NCBI GenBank assembly: GCA_037443035.1
Contig: JBBIPC010000013.1
Coordinates: 9,736-73,735, forward strand
DNA from: Chthonomonadales bacterium
Lineage (GTDB): Bacteria > Armatimonadota > Chthonomonadetes > Chthonomonadales > CAJBBX01
DNA: 64,000 nucleotides
Direction of reading: 5' to 3'
Shown: positions 21,468-31,457 of the stretch, piece by piece
How positions within the stretch are numbered: the stretch's first letter is position 1
How the letters are laid out: each line of letters opens with the position of its first letter
Program-made: the position numbers and the translations under genes
The notes under the pieces: generated by a model
Told to the model about the DNA's origin: nothing
Database searches by the model: none
Seen by the model: only the letters and a program-made list of their open reading frames with translations

Positions 21468-22414
21468 GGATGCAGATCCTTGCGCAGGACAGCGAACCGG
21501 CGACGCACTACGAAACCAGCCCCAGCATAGAGCCGCCGCGCAGTAGTGTCATCGGACCACAAGAACCACGCTGTGTGCAGCCCCTTCATCCGCATGGCGT
21601 CGAGCGTCCGATACAGAAGAACGTGCCCGATACCCATGCTGCGATAGGCTTCAGCAACACCGATGGGGCCGAACCGCTCTCCCTCGTGGTGAGAATAGCC
21701 GACAACCTCTGTGGCATGTCGGGCTACCCACAGACGATCCGGCCGGTCGCCCGTTTCGATCGCCGCGATTGCCGTCCGTGCGAATCGTTGCCAGTCGCCC
21801 GGAAAGTGCTGACGCAGGAACGTCATGAGCGCTGGAACGTGCGAGGGGTCGTAGTGTTCCACCGCGATGCCCTGCCCGCCAAGCTCGGCTTCCCGCGCTT
21901 GTACCCAGCTAGGCGTCCGAAGGCCGCCCAGATCGCATTCCATGGAGATGGGCCGGGAGTACACCACGTATCCACGCTTGGTCAGGAAGGCGAGGCCTTC
22001 GGCGTACGCATGCATATCCACGCCAGGCGTGAAGTAGCCTGGCGCATACGGGGAAACCAAGCATACACCAGCCCCTCGCGAGCGGATATATGCCTCAGCG
22101 CGTTCCAACAACGCACCCCCGATACCACGCCGCCGCACCGAGGGGTGTACCGCCAGTAGCGTCAAGTACCCCCTGTCGGTGTCCATCGGGGCGTCCTCCA
22201 GCGGCACCCTTCGGACGATCGCCAGGGCGAATCCAACTACCCCCGAATCGTCCGTTGCCACCGTGGCACCTTCCGGCTGGAAGTTCGGGTCCAGCAACAC
22301 CTTCCTGACGAAGAGAGACTGACCTATAGCGTCCGCTGGCAGTGCTTCTGCCAGGAGATCTAGCACCGGAGCTATATGGGCGCCGCGGTAACTCTCCAGG
22401 CAGCAACGTGCCAT
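21464..22414 (-). CDS. Tandem GNAT N-acetyltransferase
   Basis: AVHPSVRRRGIG and FGPIGVAEAYRSMGIG acetyl-CoA motifs; TGATG coupling to upstream gene. Confidence 0.88.
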   Translation of the reverse strand: MARCCLESYRGAHIAPVLDLLAEALPADAIGQSLFVRKVLLDPNFQPEGATVATDDSGVVGFALAIVRRVPLEDAPMDTDRGYLTLLAVHPSVRRRGIGGALLERAEAYIRSRGAGVCLVSPYAPGYFTPGVDMHAYAEGLAFLTKRGYVVYSRPISMECDLGGLRTPSWVQAREAELGGQGIAVEHYDPSHVPALMTFLRQHFPGDWQRFARTAIAAIETGDRPDRLWVARHATEVVGYSHHEGERFGPIGVAEAYRSMGIGHVLLYRTLDAMRMKGLHTAWFLWSDDTTARRLYAGAGFVVRRRFAVLRKDLHP

Positions 22415-23136
22415 CAGCGTCCGTTCCCCGCAGCCGCCTCGACGAACGACCGAAAGAGGCGGAGGGAGGCGGTGCAGTTCTCCACCATTTCCTCCGGATG
22501 ATACTGAACGCCGACGACGAACGTACCGTCCGTCGCCTCCACGGCCTCGACGAGACCGTCTTCGGCGTAACCGCTCACCCGGAGTGAGGGAGCTGGCTCG
22601 CATACTGCCTGGTGATGGAACGTATTGACCTGAAGGCTGGTTACGCCGAGGGCACGAGCGACCAGGGAGTCGGTCTCCACGTCGAGGCGATGCGTAGCCA
22701 CGTTGCGTGCCTCCGATTGACGATGCGCGACGGGACCAGGACGCTCGGTCGGTAGATCCTGGTAGAGAGTTCCCCCCAGGGCAGCGTTGAGAGCCTGGAT
22801 GCCACGGCAGATACCAAGAATGGGTATGCGCTGAGCGACGGCAGCTCGAACAAGTCCAAACTCCGTTTCATCCCTCGGCAGGTCCACTTCCGTTGCTGGA
22901 TGATACTCCGCGACGCCGTATCGCTCCGGAGCCACATCCCGTCCGCCAGACAGCAGCAGGCCATCCAGGCTCGCCACCAGCGCTCCGATATCCGACAACG
23001 ATATGTTGGGTACGATGACCGGCAATCCGCCGACCATGGCGACGGCGCGAGCATACGCCTGCCCAAGCCGATCCGAGAGCGATGACGTAGAACTGGCATC
23101 GGTGCCGCATGTGATGCCGATGAGCGGTAGAGCCAT
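22414..23136 (-). CDS. Peptidase C26 / gamma-glutamyl-gamma-aminobutyrate hydrolase family
   Basis: DGLLLSGGRDV, LGICRGIQ, GGTLYQD, VNTFHHQAV, GVQYHPE. Confidence 0.93.
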   Translation of the reverse strand: MALPLIGITCGTDASSTSSLSDRLGQAYARAVAMVGGLPVIVPNISLSDIGALVASLDGLLLSGGRDVAPERYGVAEYHPATEVDLPRDETEFGLVRAAVAQRIPILGICRGIQALNAALGGTLYQDLPTERPGPVAHRQSEARNVATHRLDVETDSLVARALGVTSLQVNTFHHQAVCEPAPSLRVSGYAEDGLVEAVEATDGTFVVGVQYHPEEMVENCTASLRLFRSFVEAAAGNGR

Positions 23137-23284
23137 AGGGCGCGGATCCTTTCTGGTCGGTCAGGATGTATTGTATACCGTCAGCAGAGCATACGGGTGC
23201 TGCCATCTGGCCTGCGCCCACAGTGGTATACTCGACGAGTGCGGGGATGCAGAGCGGTGCAGCATGTCCCGCGGGAGCCACACC

Positions 23285-23740
23285 ATGCGCATCAACCTGG
23301 ACGAACCAGTTCCAGACGAACCGTTGCAGCCTGCAGGGGCAAGCGAAGACGAGACGGACGACGAAGCCAGTGCCGAGAGCATGGCTTCGGACGAAATCAT
23401 CATCCGCCGAGATACCCTGACCAAACGCCGGCGGCGGACCGGACCGAAACCGCTCACACCCCAGCAGCAGCGCGCCATCGTTGCGTTCTTGGTATTGGTG
23501 ATCGTTATCGCCGTGACAAGTCTTGGCGTTTACGTGCGCAATGTCCGAGAGACGGCGCGTCGGATCCCCGTCGTGCGAACCCCACCCTCGCCGGCACAGC
23601 CGCTACAGGCTCCCCGGCGGGTCGTGCCTCAGCGTCCCGCGGGACCTCCGATCTACCAGGGGCCGCCACCGCGCAATGACCAGCCGCTGGAGGAAGGAGC
23701 GGACTCCGACACATCCACGCCAGCCGAGGGCATCCATTGA
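23285..23740 (+). CDS. Hypothetical single-TM protein with acidic N-terminus and Pro-rich C-terminus
   Basis: GGGAG RBS; TGGTATACT extended -10 near 23224; one TM helix. Confidence 0.7.
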   Translation: MRINLDEPVPDEPLQPAGASEDETDDEASAESMASDEIIIRRDTLTKRRRRTGPKPLTPQQQRAIVAFLVLVIVIAVTSLGVYVRNVRETARRIPVVRTPPSPAQPLQAPRRVVPQRPAGPPIYQGPPPRNDQPLEEGADSDTSTPAEGIH

Positions 23741-23778
23741 GCGCGAGAGAATACGCACGCGCCGATCCTCGCGGCCGA

Positions 23779-24207
23779 CTACGGCAGGACGGATCTCGGC
23801 ACGTTGATCCGCGTCCCTGGTTGCATGGCCAGGGCTTGCTGAGCCAAGGGATGATCCTCGCTCACGGCCACTTCCCGACGACCTGACGGACCTTCCACCG
23901 TAATCACAACCTGGCCGTTGCGGTGGCTCGCTTCCACGAACTTCACGGGGACGCCCCCCGCGCCAGCAACCACGACAGTCTCTTTGGGGAGCACGGACCG
24001 GAGGATGACCGTACCCCCCAGCACCACGAGAACGGCTACAACGACAACAATGCCGTAGAGGATCCAGTCGTTGGGTCCGTAGCGACTTGGCAGGCTATGG
24101 TACATCCACGTCAGACGCGACCAGTGGGCGTGCGGATGGTGACGCCCGCGGGACTTCCGCCAGGAGTGTCTCCGATGACGCAGCCAACGACGAAACCGCG
24201 TGAGCAC
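23779..24207 (-). CDS. Hypothetical single-TM protein with Arg/His-rich N-terminus
   Basis: TM WILYGIVVVVAVLVVLGGTVIL; GTG start after GGAG and TACAAT (start uncertain, alternative 24228). Confidence 0.7.
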   Translation of the reverse strand: MLTRFRRWLRHRRHSWRKSRGRHHPHAHWSRLTWMYHSLPSRYGPNDWILYGIVVVVAVLVVLGGTVILRSVLPKETVVVAGAGGVPVKFVEASHRNGQVVITVEGPSGRREVAVSEDHPLAQQALAMQPGTRINVPRSVLP

Positions 24208-24256
24208 CGCACTTCTCCGTGACCTCATTGTACCGCACCAGACCGTCTCCCGCCTT

Positions 24257-24397
24257 CGGCCGTTGAGTAGCCCGACGCGGAGCCCTGCCGGTCGTTGAGT
24301 AGCCGAGGCGTATCGAAACGAACGGCTTGCATGGCGACGTCCAGACGTTCGGTGGTTTCGATACGTCCCGATGGCCATCGGGACTACTCAACCACCG
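24257..24397. repeat. Second cluster of the same REP-like family as 3638-3868
   Basis: 24350-24397 identical to 3718-3765 (48 bp); short variant at 24288-24325 in opposite orientation; partial unit at 24257-24280. Confidence 0.9.
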
Positions 24398-24471
24398 ATG
24401 CATGCGGCTGGGCGGCACGGATACCGAGCTAGCAGACTTTCGATGCTGTCTACCACCGCTCGCCCAGAACG

Positions 24472-27402
24472 CTAGAACCGGAGCGGGGCGCCCCGCATGA
24501 TGAAAGTGATGCGATATCTTGGTACTGGCCCATCTCCGGCGCCACACGCGAAACGTACCTCGGACGCTCCCGACGGCAACTGCGCACGAGCGCTCCCGCT
24601 CCGAGAGGCGCCAGAGCCGGTCGAGTGGCTCGGTGGCAACTCGGCTCTCGACGTCAAGTCACTCGCCACGGTGGTCACTCTCCCGATAGGCTCGTTCTCC
24701 GCACCGTAGACCATCGCCTCGCCCGATGGCTCCAGCTCCAGGTACTGCCCGCTATTCAGCTCCACACGGAACGTGACGGTCCGTCCGGCCACCGTCACCT
24801 TCGGATCGCTGATCTTGCTCGCTGTCAGACTCAGAGGGACGACGTCTCCAATGAGGATCTCCGTGCTGTCGCCCGCAGGTATTTCGTTCACCCAGATCGC
24901 GAGAGCGGCCACGACCTGGTAGTTGAGCCACGGATGGTATGTCTTGTACGCCGATGTGAAGGCGAGTCCCGGGTTGTGCTCCCATTCGCTCCGATGAGCG
25001 GCATACGGCCACGAATACGCGCTCAGCCGATCGGACTCCGGCTCCACCATCTCGACGTACCGCCAGCCTTTGAAGTCCACCACAACATAGTGTTCTGCCA
25101 CACCCGGACTGACGTTCTCCGCATTCCGCAACTGGAAGTTCAGTACGGCCCCTTTTCCGTCGCCGTGGATCCAGACGCCCATGCCCTTCCGCGTCATGTC
25201 CATCGGCGCAGCGAAGACACGCTCCACCATGGCCCACGCGCCACGTCGCGCTGATCGAGTGCTGGATGCAACGAGTCGCAGGCAGGCGGAGTCTGGTCGG
25301 CCTGCAGGTCCGTCGTCATCCTTCGGAACGATGGCGGAACTTACGCTCAGTCGGACTCCCTCCGCACATCGTGGTGCGGACAGGCTGCCAGCGTCATGAC
25401 TACCCAGCAACGGAGGCAAGGAAGGCGCATCGTGTGCCGGAGCCAGCAGCGGTTCGATACGCAGAGACAGGGGCTGTGTACTGAACGGATTCGGCACTCT
25501 GTACTCCGACGCCGTGCCCTGGCCGAAGCGCTTCTCGTACCGCACGGGCACGAACGCCCGCCTTCCTTTCGGTCCGTCCACCAGCGTGAACTCCAAGCCA
25601 GGCTGGCCCAGCCGGCGCCGCAGTGCTGCTGGTACTGCTCCGGATGCCCGTAGTCTCTCGTAACGTCGGACCATCTCGGCGTACCGCTGGGCGCCGGCGG
25701 ACCTCCCGAATGTCTCCGGTGCAAACCCAGCGACGAAGGACACGCCTGCATCGTCCGCCAATGCCTTGCACAGCAGGTACTCCAGATCGTCCGAAAGGGT
25801 ACGGTCAGGCTGGATGCCGTTCCACGGAAACACGCCCCACCAACCGAGGTGCGAGGGCAGGTACATACGTTGGCAGTCCCGGTTCACGACCCGGTGCATG
25901 TCCACGAACTCCTTGTAGCCGGTGTGCGGAGCGTCCCAGGCACCCATGCGAGCGCGCACACACCAGAGGTGGTGGTGGAACGTGCTCATCTCCATGATCG
26001 CCGGCTTGCGGAGACGGCGGACAAGCTCGTACACGAATCGGGCACCGTAGTACCATGCCCACTCGGGACCGGCGAGAATGTACGAACCATCCAGTGCGTC
26101 CAGGTAGATCATGTCGAAGCCGCACTCGTTGTAGGTGCGCGCCGTGTTCTCCACGATTTCCGTGAACAGATCGCTCTCCGGATCTGGAGCGAAGAGCCCA
26201 AACAGCTCCTTCAGGTGATCGGCCCGCTCCCCAGCCGCATGACTGGATGCATGGGTACCCAGAGCCCCGCGCGTACAGCCCGTGAAGCGCCACGGTGGAC
26301 CCTGGGACGCTTCCGTGAACGTCACCAGCTCGTCTCCGATCCGCAACGTCGCACTGTTGTTGACGAAGAAACCCGTCGTAGCATGGACGCCGCTCGTCGG
26401 TTCATTCACTGTGATCGTGGTGCTTGTGGAGTCGAGCGGTTCGGCGAGCGTGAACGTCCGGAGGGCGGCTAGACGACGATCGGGCACGGGGGTGACGTAC
26501 CTACTGTTCTTGGCAAGGAAGAACGAATAGGTGTGCAGACCTGCCTGGAGACCAGCGGCGTGAAGGGCATCCACAGTGGCCTTGAGGTCGGCGATGCCGT
26601 TCGGGTACGTCTTCGGGTCAGGTACGAAATCGCCAAATCGGAACGAGACGCCGCCATGGAAGTCAATCTGTCCTGCACCCAGCGCGTGGGCAAGCTCGAT
26701 CCACGGGCCGCACGTCGTCGCATTCAACCCACCGAAGTTGAAGAGGTAGGACCGCCGGTTCGGCTTGGCGTCCAGCGCCCAGGGACCACCGATGGGCGAG
26801 CGGGGCAGCTCCGGTGCCGTTTCGACAGCCTGTTGCAGCAGCCGGCGGAAGGCCCGCATGGGTCCGGCTACAACTGCAACGGAGGATCCGTTCAGCCCCA
26901 ACCGCCCGTACGCGAAGGCGTGGAGGCTCGAAGACGGGCCAGGTAGAGTCCACACGTTGGTGCGCAGGTTGCGCGCGAGCGAACAGGCAGCGAAGGGCTC
27001 GCTGCGATCACCCTTCAGGGCGAGCTCCGCGGATCCATACCGCAACTCCTCGATTGCCTCGGGAGCCTGCTCGACGCTCAGCACAAGGATGTCACGTCTC
27101 CTTTGTACTTGCAGACGCACCGAGAGGTCATCGGAGTCGCCCGGCATGCGGAAAACAAGCACGAGACGCTCGCCCTCTTGCCGTAGCACGCTGCACGCTA
27201 CATGCGCATCGCCCACACGGGCCGTAGCGAACGGTACCTCACCCGGTTTGGCCGCATAGTCGCGCCCGGAGGTACGGTCCACGAAGCGCAGCGTCCTGCC
27301 TTCAGCGCTCAGGACCCACTGCACATAGCGTGTCTCCAGCGCGACGGTCCCGGCCGGCACCTGGGCCGTAGCTGCCATACCGAATGCGATCAGACCCACC
27401 AT
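24472..27402 (-). CDS. Large exported hypothetical protein, putative glycoside hydrolase-like TIM barrel
   Basis: 976 aa ORF with signal peptide and GAGGAG RBS; LKATVDALHAAGLQAGLHTY, FDMIYLDALDG. Confidence 0.75.
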   Translation of the reverse strand: MVGLIAFGMAATAQVPAGTVALETRYVQWVLSAEGRTLRFVDRTSGRDYAAKPGEVPFATARVGDAHVACSVLRQEGERLVLVFRMPGDSDDLSVRLQVQRRRDILVLSVEQAPEAIEELRYGSAELALKGDRSEPFAACSLARNLRTNVWTLPGPSSSLHAFAYGRLGLNGSSVAVVAGPMRAFRRLLQQAVETAPELPRSPIGGPWALDAKPNRRSYLFNFGGLNATTCGPWIELAHALGAGQIDFHGGVSFRFGDFVPDPKTYPNGIADLKATVDALHAAGLQAGLHTYSFFLAKNSRYVTPVPDRRLAALRTFTLAEPLDSTSTTITVNEPTSGVHATTGFFVNNSATLRIGDELVTFTEASQGPPWRFTGCTRGALGTHASSHAAGERADHLKELFGLFAPDPESDLFTEIVENTARTYNECGFDMIYLDALDGSYILAGPEWAWYYGARFVYELVRRLRKPAIMEMSTFHHHLWCVRARMGAWDAPHTGYKEFVDMHRVVNRDCQRMYLPSHLGWWGVFPWNGIQPDRTLSDDLEYLLCKALADDAGVSFVAGFAPETFGRSAGAQRYAEMVRRYERLRASGAVPAALRRRLGQPGLEFTLVDGPKGRRAFVPVRYEKRFGQGTASEYRVPNPFSTQPLSLRIEPLLAPAHDAPSLPPLLGSHDAGSLSAPRCAEGVRLSVSSAIVPKDDDGPAGRPDSACLRLVASSTRSARRGAWAMVERVFAAPMDMTRKGMGVWIHGDGKGAVLNFQLRNAENVSPGVAEHYVVVDFKGWRYVEMVEPESDRLSAYSWPYAAHRSEWEHNPGLAFTSAYKTYHPWLNYQVVAALAIWVNEIPAGDSTEILIGDVVPLSLTASKISDPKVTVAGRTVTFRVELNSGQYLELEPSGEAMVYGAENEPIGRVTTVASDLTSRAELPPSHSTGSGASRSGSARAQLPSGASEVRFACGAGDGPVPRYRITFIMRGAPLRF

Positions 27403-27495
27403 GCGTGTCTCCTCATTGCGGCTGATCTAGCCGACGCGCTGTAGAACTTCCTGCAGCTGGCCACGGGTTCCTGCGTGCCGCAGTTGATTCATACC

Positions 27496-27525
27496 TTGAC
27501 GCACCGTATCCGTGCGTTCTATCAT
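27496..27525 (+). promoter_or_regulatory. sigma70-type promoter 6 nt before kinase ATG (leaderless)
   Basis: TTGACG-18 bp-TATCAT, ATG at 27532, no SD. Confidence 0.6.
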
Positions 27526-27531
27526 GCTCTC

Positions 27532-29037
27532 ATGAGCTTGCTGGGTGTGGACGTAGGAACGACAGGGTGCAAGGCAGCTGTATACGCGGTCGAAGGTGCT
27601 TGCCTGGCCCGAGCCTACCGGGAGTACCCGACCCTCCATCCTGCAGACGGATGGGCCGAGCTGGATAGCGAACTCGTGTGGCGATGTGTACGGGAGGTCA
27701 TTGCCGAAGTAGCCGCAGCAGCACGCCAAGATACGATCACAGCCCTCTCGGTAAGCTCCATGGGCGAAGCGATGACGCCTGTGAGCAAGGACCGGCGCAT
27801 CCTGGGCAACGCCATCCTTTGTTCCGACATCCGCGGTGCGGAGTATGCCGAGGCATTCCTGAGAGACCCCGGGCAGGAACGGTTCTACGCCACCAATCCT
27901 AACCTCCTCGGCATAGCCTATTCCATGCCCAAGCTCGCATGGCTCCGGGACAACGCCCCTGACCTGTACAAGTCCGCTCACCGCTTCCTGCTCTGGAGCG
28001 ATCTGGTCGGCTATATGCTCGGCGGCGAACCGATCACGAGCTATTCTCACGCGAATCGAACGCTCCTGTTCGATGTCTACCAGGAAAAGTGGTCCGAGGA
28101 TCTCATCGAGAAGGCCGGACTCGAGCTGTGCAAGCTTCCCGCTGTTGCTCCGAGCGGATCTGTCGCTGGCACCGTCAGCCACGCCATGGCAGTGGAACTG
28201 GGACTTCCAGCCGGTACCGTGATCGTCGTTGGCGGCCACGATCAGTGCTGCAATGCCCTCGGTGCCGGCGTGATCGAAGCTGGTCGAGCTGTGTGCGGCA
28301 TTGGCACCTTCGAGTGCTACGCTCCAGCCTTCGCCATGCCCGCGAACCCCTTGATGATGCTGCGCCGTGGGTTGAACATCGAACACCACGTCGTGCCCGG
28401 TCTCTATCTCACCTTCGCTTATAATCAGAGCGGTTCGCTCGTTCGGTGGTTCCGCGACACCTTTGCGCAGGCCGACAAGCTTGTGGCGCAACAGGGTGCG
28501 GACATCTACGACATACTGGCAGCCGAGATGCCCGCCGGGCCGACGGACCTGCTCGTCCTGCCGTATTTCGAGCCGACCGGACCGCCGGGTTTTGTGGCCG
28601 ACGCCTCAGGGGCTATCGTCGGTCTCAAGCCGACCACCACCCGCGGTGAAATCCTCAAAGCGATCATGGAGTCCGTGACCCTCTACTTCGTAGAATCCAT
28701 GGATTCCCTGCACGAACTCGGCCTGGGTTCCTCCGAGTACGTCGCCACCGGCGGAGGGGCAAAGTCCGACGCCTGGCTGCAGATCAAGGCCGACGTCTTC
28801 GGAGTGCCCTTCATCCGCCCCCGGGACACCGAGGGAAGCACTCTCGGTGCCGCCATGCTGGCAGGTGTGGCGAGCGGCGTCTACAGCTCGTTCGAAAGCG
28901 CTGTATCGCTCATGGTGAGCCGGGAGAGGGTCTTCACCCCCGATGCGGCACGCCATGCTCGGTACCAGGAGAAGGCGGACGTCTTCCAGCGCCTATATCC
29001 GGCGCTCGCGGACATCGTTCGTGATCCTCGCCGCTAG
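27532..29037 (+). CDS. FGGY-family carbohydrate kinase (xylulokinase-like)
   Basis: LLGVDVGTTGCKA, GGHDQ, ATGGGAKSDAWLQIKADV, LGAAMLAG. Confidence 0.93.
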   Translation: MSLLGVDVGTTGCKAAVYAVEGACLARAYREYPTLHPADGWAELDSELVWRCVREVIAEVAAAARQDTITALSVSSMGEAMTPVSKDRRILGNAILCSDIRGAEYAEAFLRDPGQERFYATNPNLLGIAYSMPKLAWLRDNAPDLYKSAHRFLLWSDLVGYMLGGEPITSYSHANRTLLFDVYQEKWSEDLIEKAGLELCKLPAVAPSGSVAGTVSHAMAVELGLPAGTVIVVGGHDQCCNALGAGVIEAGRAVCGIGTFECYAPAFAMPANPLMMLRRGLNIEHHVVPGLYLTFAYNQSGSLVRWFRDTFAQADKLVAQQGADIYDILAAEMPAGPTDLLVLPYFEPTGPPGFVADASGAIVGLKPTTTRGEILKAIMESVTLYFVESMDSLHELGLGSSEYVATGGGAKSDAWLQIKADVFGVPFIRPRDTEGSTLGAAMLAGVASGVYSSFESAVSLMVSRERVFTPDAARHARYQEKADVFQRLYPALADIVRDPRR

Positions 29038-29048
29038 GGCCAGGCTCC

Positions 29049-30995
29049 ATGAAGAGCCCTGAAGCGCGCCGAAGCAGCGAGCGCTTCCGCTGGTGGACAG
29101 TCCTTCTCGGCGTGGTTCTGATCCCCGTCAACAGTCTTTGGATAGCTCGTGCCGAAGCGCTGGATTATTCTGGCTTCCCCACGTGCATGTCCCTGTTCTA
29201 CAACGTTGTCTTCACGCTCATAGCACTCATCGCCGTGAACGCTGGCATCCGTTACTGGTGGCCGCGGGCAGCCCTCAGCCGACCGGAACTGATGGTCGTC
29301 TACGGCATGACCGCGACGGGTTCTAGTCTCGTCGGCCATGACTACATGCAGATGCTTGTGCCGACTATCCCTCATGTAGCCTACTTCGCTTCGCCTTCCA
29401 ACAACTGGTCGAGCCTCATCGCCCCGCTGCTGCCGCCGAAGCTTGCCATGACAGAGCTGACCGACGGCGTTCGCGCCTTCGAACTGGGGCACTCGACCCT
29501 TTATACGGCCGAGCATCTCCGCATGTGGCTGGAACCCATCGCCTATTGGAGCATCTTCCTGTTGTCCGGCGTTGTCGCGACGCTCTCCCTCTCCCTGCTG
29601 CTGCGTCGGCAGTGGGTAGAGCACGAGCGGCTGACCTATCCCATCGTCCAATTGCCGGTGATGGTGGCCGAGAACGGTGGGGCCAACGCCATCTTCCGCA
29701 GCAAGCTCTTCTGGGGAGGGTTTAGCATCGCTGCTGGAATCGACTTGCTCAATGGCCTCCAGTTCTTCTATCCTTCCCTGCCCTCTATCAACGTGAAGCT
29801 CCAGGATGTCGGCACGCTCTTCGCACCCTATCCCCCCTGGAACGCCATTGGCTGGCTGCCCGTCTCCTTCTATCCCTTCGCCATCGGCTTGAGCTTCTTC
29901 ATGCCCACGAATCTCTCGTTTTCCAGTTGGTTCTTCTACTTCGTGCGCAAGGCGCAGAACGTCGCTGTGGCAGCCATGGGATACAGCGAAGGCGATCCGT
30001 GGTATCCCTATCTCAAGGAGCAGTCGTTCGGTGCCTGGATACTCCTTTTCGCGGCAACTCTCTGGCTCGCTAGGGGATACCTCTGGAGTCTGTTCCGCAC
30101 AGCACTCCGAGACAGGCACGCAGGAGATGGTGGCGTCTCTTACCGGCTCATCCTGGCGGCGCTAGCAGCCGGCACGGCCGGAATGGTGGGCTTCTTGATC
30201 TGGTCGGGCATGCGTCCAGGACTGGCCATCGTCTACGTGCTGCTCTACCTCATGTTCTGCGGAGCCGCGGCGCGCATTCGTGCAGAACTCGGTCCACCGT
30301 CCCACGAGGTCGGGTGGGTTGGCGTAAGCTACATGATGATCATGGTCCTGGGCACGGCTGCGGTCGGCCCCAAGAACCTGGCGCTCTTCTCCCTCCTCCA
30401 CTTCCAGAACAGGATGCATAGGGGTCTCCTCATGCCACAGCAGGCCGAGTCGCTCAAGGCGGCGTCCGAGTCCGGCCTTCGTATGCGGACGATGGCAGCG
30501 GCTCTGGCCATTGCAGGCGTTGTGGGGATCGTCGCCGCCTTCTGGGCCATGCTCCATCTCTCCTACGGTCGTACGTACGCGACAGCGGTCCACCCTGCCG
30601 CACCCGGGTCCGCGTTCGCTGCGGAGCATTTCAACCGCCTGGCCCAGTGGCTGAGCACGCCTGTCTTGCCGAATACAGCTGGGCTCCTGGCGATTCTCAT
30701 CGGGGCGGTCGTTGCCATGATACTCGCCTGGCTATCTGTGACAATCCAGGGTTTCCCCTTCCACCCAGCGGGCTATGCCCTGGGCATGTCCTTCGGCCTG
30801 GATTACATCTGGACGCCCGTATTCCTTGCCTGGCTGACCAAGTCCGTCATACTCCGCTGGTGGGGCCTCAAAGGTTACCGGGCCGCCATCCCCTTCTTCG
30901 TCGGCCTCGTCATCGGAGAGTTCGCGGTCGGAGGCATGTGGAGTTTCGTACGCGGTGTGGTCGGAGTCAAGACGTACACGTTCTACATTTGGTAG
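29049..30995 (+). CDS. Polytopic membrane protein, DUF6785/DUF6784-like (OPT-related putative transporter)
   Basis: Many TMs; LLRRQWVEHERLTYPIVQLP, ARIRAELG, FPFHPAGY, PFFVGLVIGE. Confidence 0.8.
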   Translation: MKSPEARRSSERFRWWTVLLGVVLIPVNSLWIARAEALDYSGFPTCMSLFYNVVFTLIALIAVNAGIRYWWPRAALSRPELMVVYGMTATGSSLVGHDYMQMLVPTIPHVAYFASPSNNWSSLIAPLLPPKLAMTELTDGVRAFELGHSTLYTAEHLRMWLEPIAYWSIFLLSGVVATLSLSLLLRRQWVEHERLTYPIVQLPVMVAENGGANAIFRSKLFWGGFSIAAGIDLLNGLQFFYPSLPSINVKLQDVGTLFAPYPPWNAIGWLPVSFYPFAIGLSFFMPTNLSFSSWFFYFVRKAQNVAVAAMGYSEGDPWYPYLKEQSFGAWILLFAATLWLARGYLWSLFRTALRDRHAGDGGVSYRLILAALAAGTAGMVGFLIWSGMRPGLAIVYVLLYLMFCGAAARIRAELGPPSHEVGWVGVSYMMIMVLGTAAVGPKNLALFSLLHFQNRMHRGLLMPQQAESLKAASESGLRMRTMAAALAIAGVVGIVAAFWAMLHLSYGRTYATAVHPAAPGSAFAAEHFNRLAQWLSTPVLPNTAGLLAILIGAVVAMILAWLSVTIQGFPFHPAGYALGMSFGLDYIWTPVFLAWLTKSVILRWWGLKGYRAAIPFFVGLVIGEFAVGGMWSFVRGVVGVKTYTFYIW

Positions 30996-30998
30996 CGG

Positions 30999-31457
30999 CT
31001 AACCGCCGTCGGCACGACCACCTTCACGTTCATCCATCATGGCTACGACGACGGCGGCGAACTCGGTCAGCGCGGCTATCTGCTCCGGCAGCAGGTGATG
31101 CAAGTCGCGTGCGTCAACCTGCCAGTAGAGGCGCACCATTCGGTTCCTCAGTCGTGCCGACCGTTCCAGAGCTCGCGCCAGAGATGATGAAATGAGCTTC
31201 GCCTGCTCGAGGGACTTCGGCACATCCGCGTAGTCGTTGGCGGCCGGGAGTCCCAGGCGCGCGATAAGGTGGCGTCCAAGATCCATAGCCGCCTCGATGC
31301 CTCGCCTCAAGTGGTGCTCGGCAATTGCAGAGTAGTCGGAATCGCCGATGAACGTAGCTTGGGGGAGGTCGGCTAGAGGCGTGAGACGCGCGATGGCACT
31401 CCGGATATGACGGAGGCAACCGGCCACCGTACGTCGATCAACGGCGGCGAAACTCAT
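30999..31457 (-). CDS. HepT-like HEPN ribonuclease (DUF86) with degenerate RX4H motif
   Basis: IEAAMDLGRHLIA, RLRNRMVRLYWQVD; overlaps upstream nucleotidyltransferase gene. Confidence 0.88.
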   Translation of the reverse strand: MSFAAVDRRTVAGCLRHIRSAIARLTPLADLPQATFIGDSDYSAIAEHHLRRGIEAAMDLGRHLIARLGLPAANDYADVPKSLEQAKLISSSLARALERSARLRNRMVRLYWQVDARDLHHLLPEQIAALTEFAAVVVAMMDEREGGRADGG

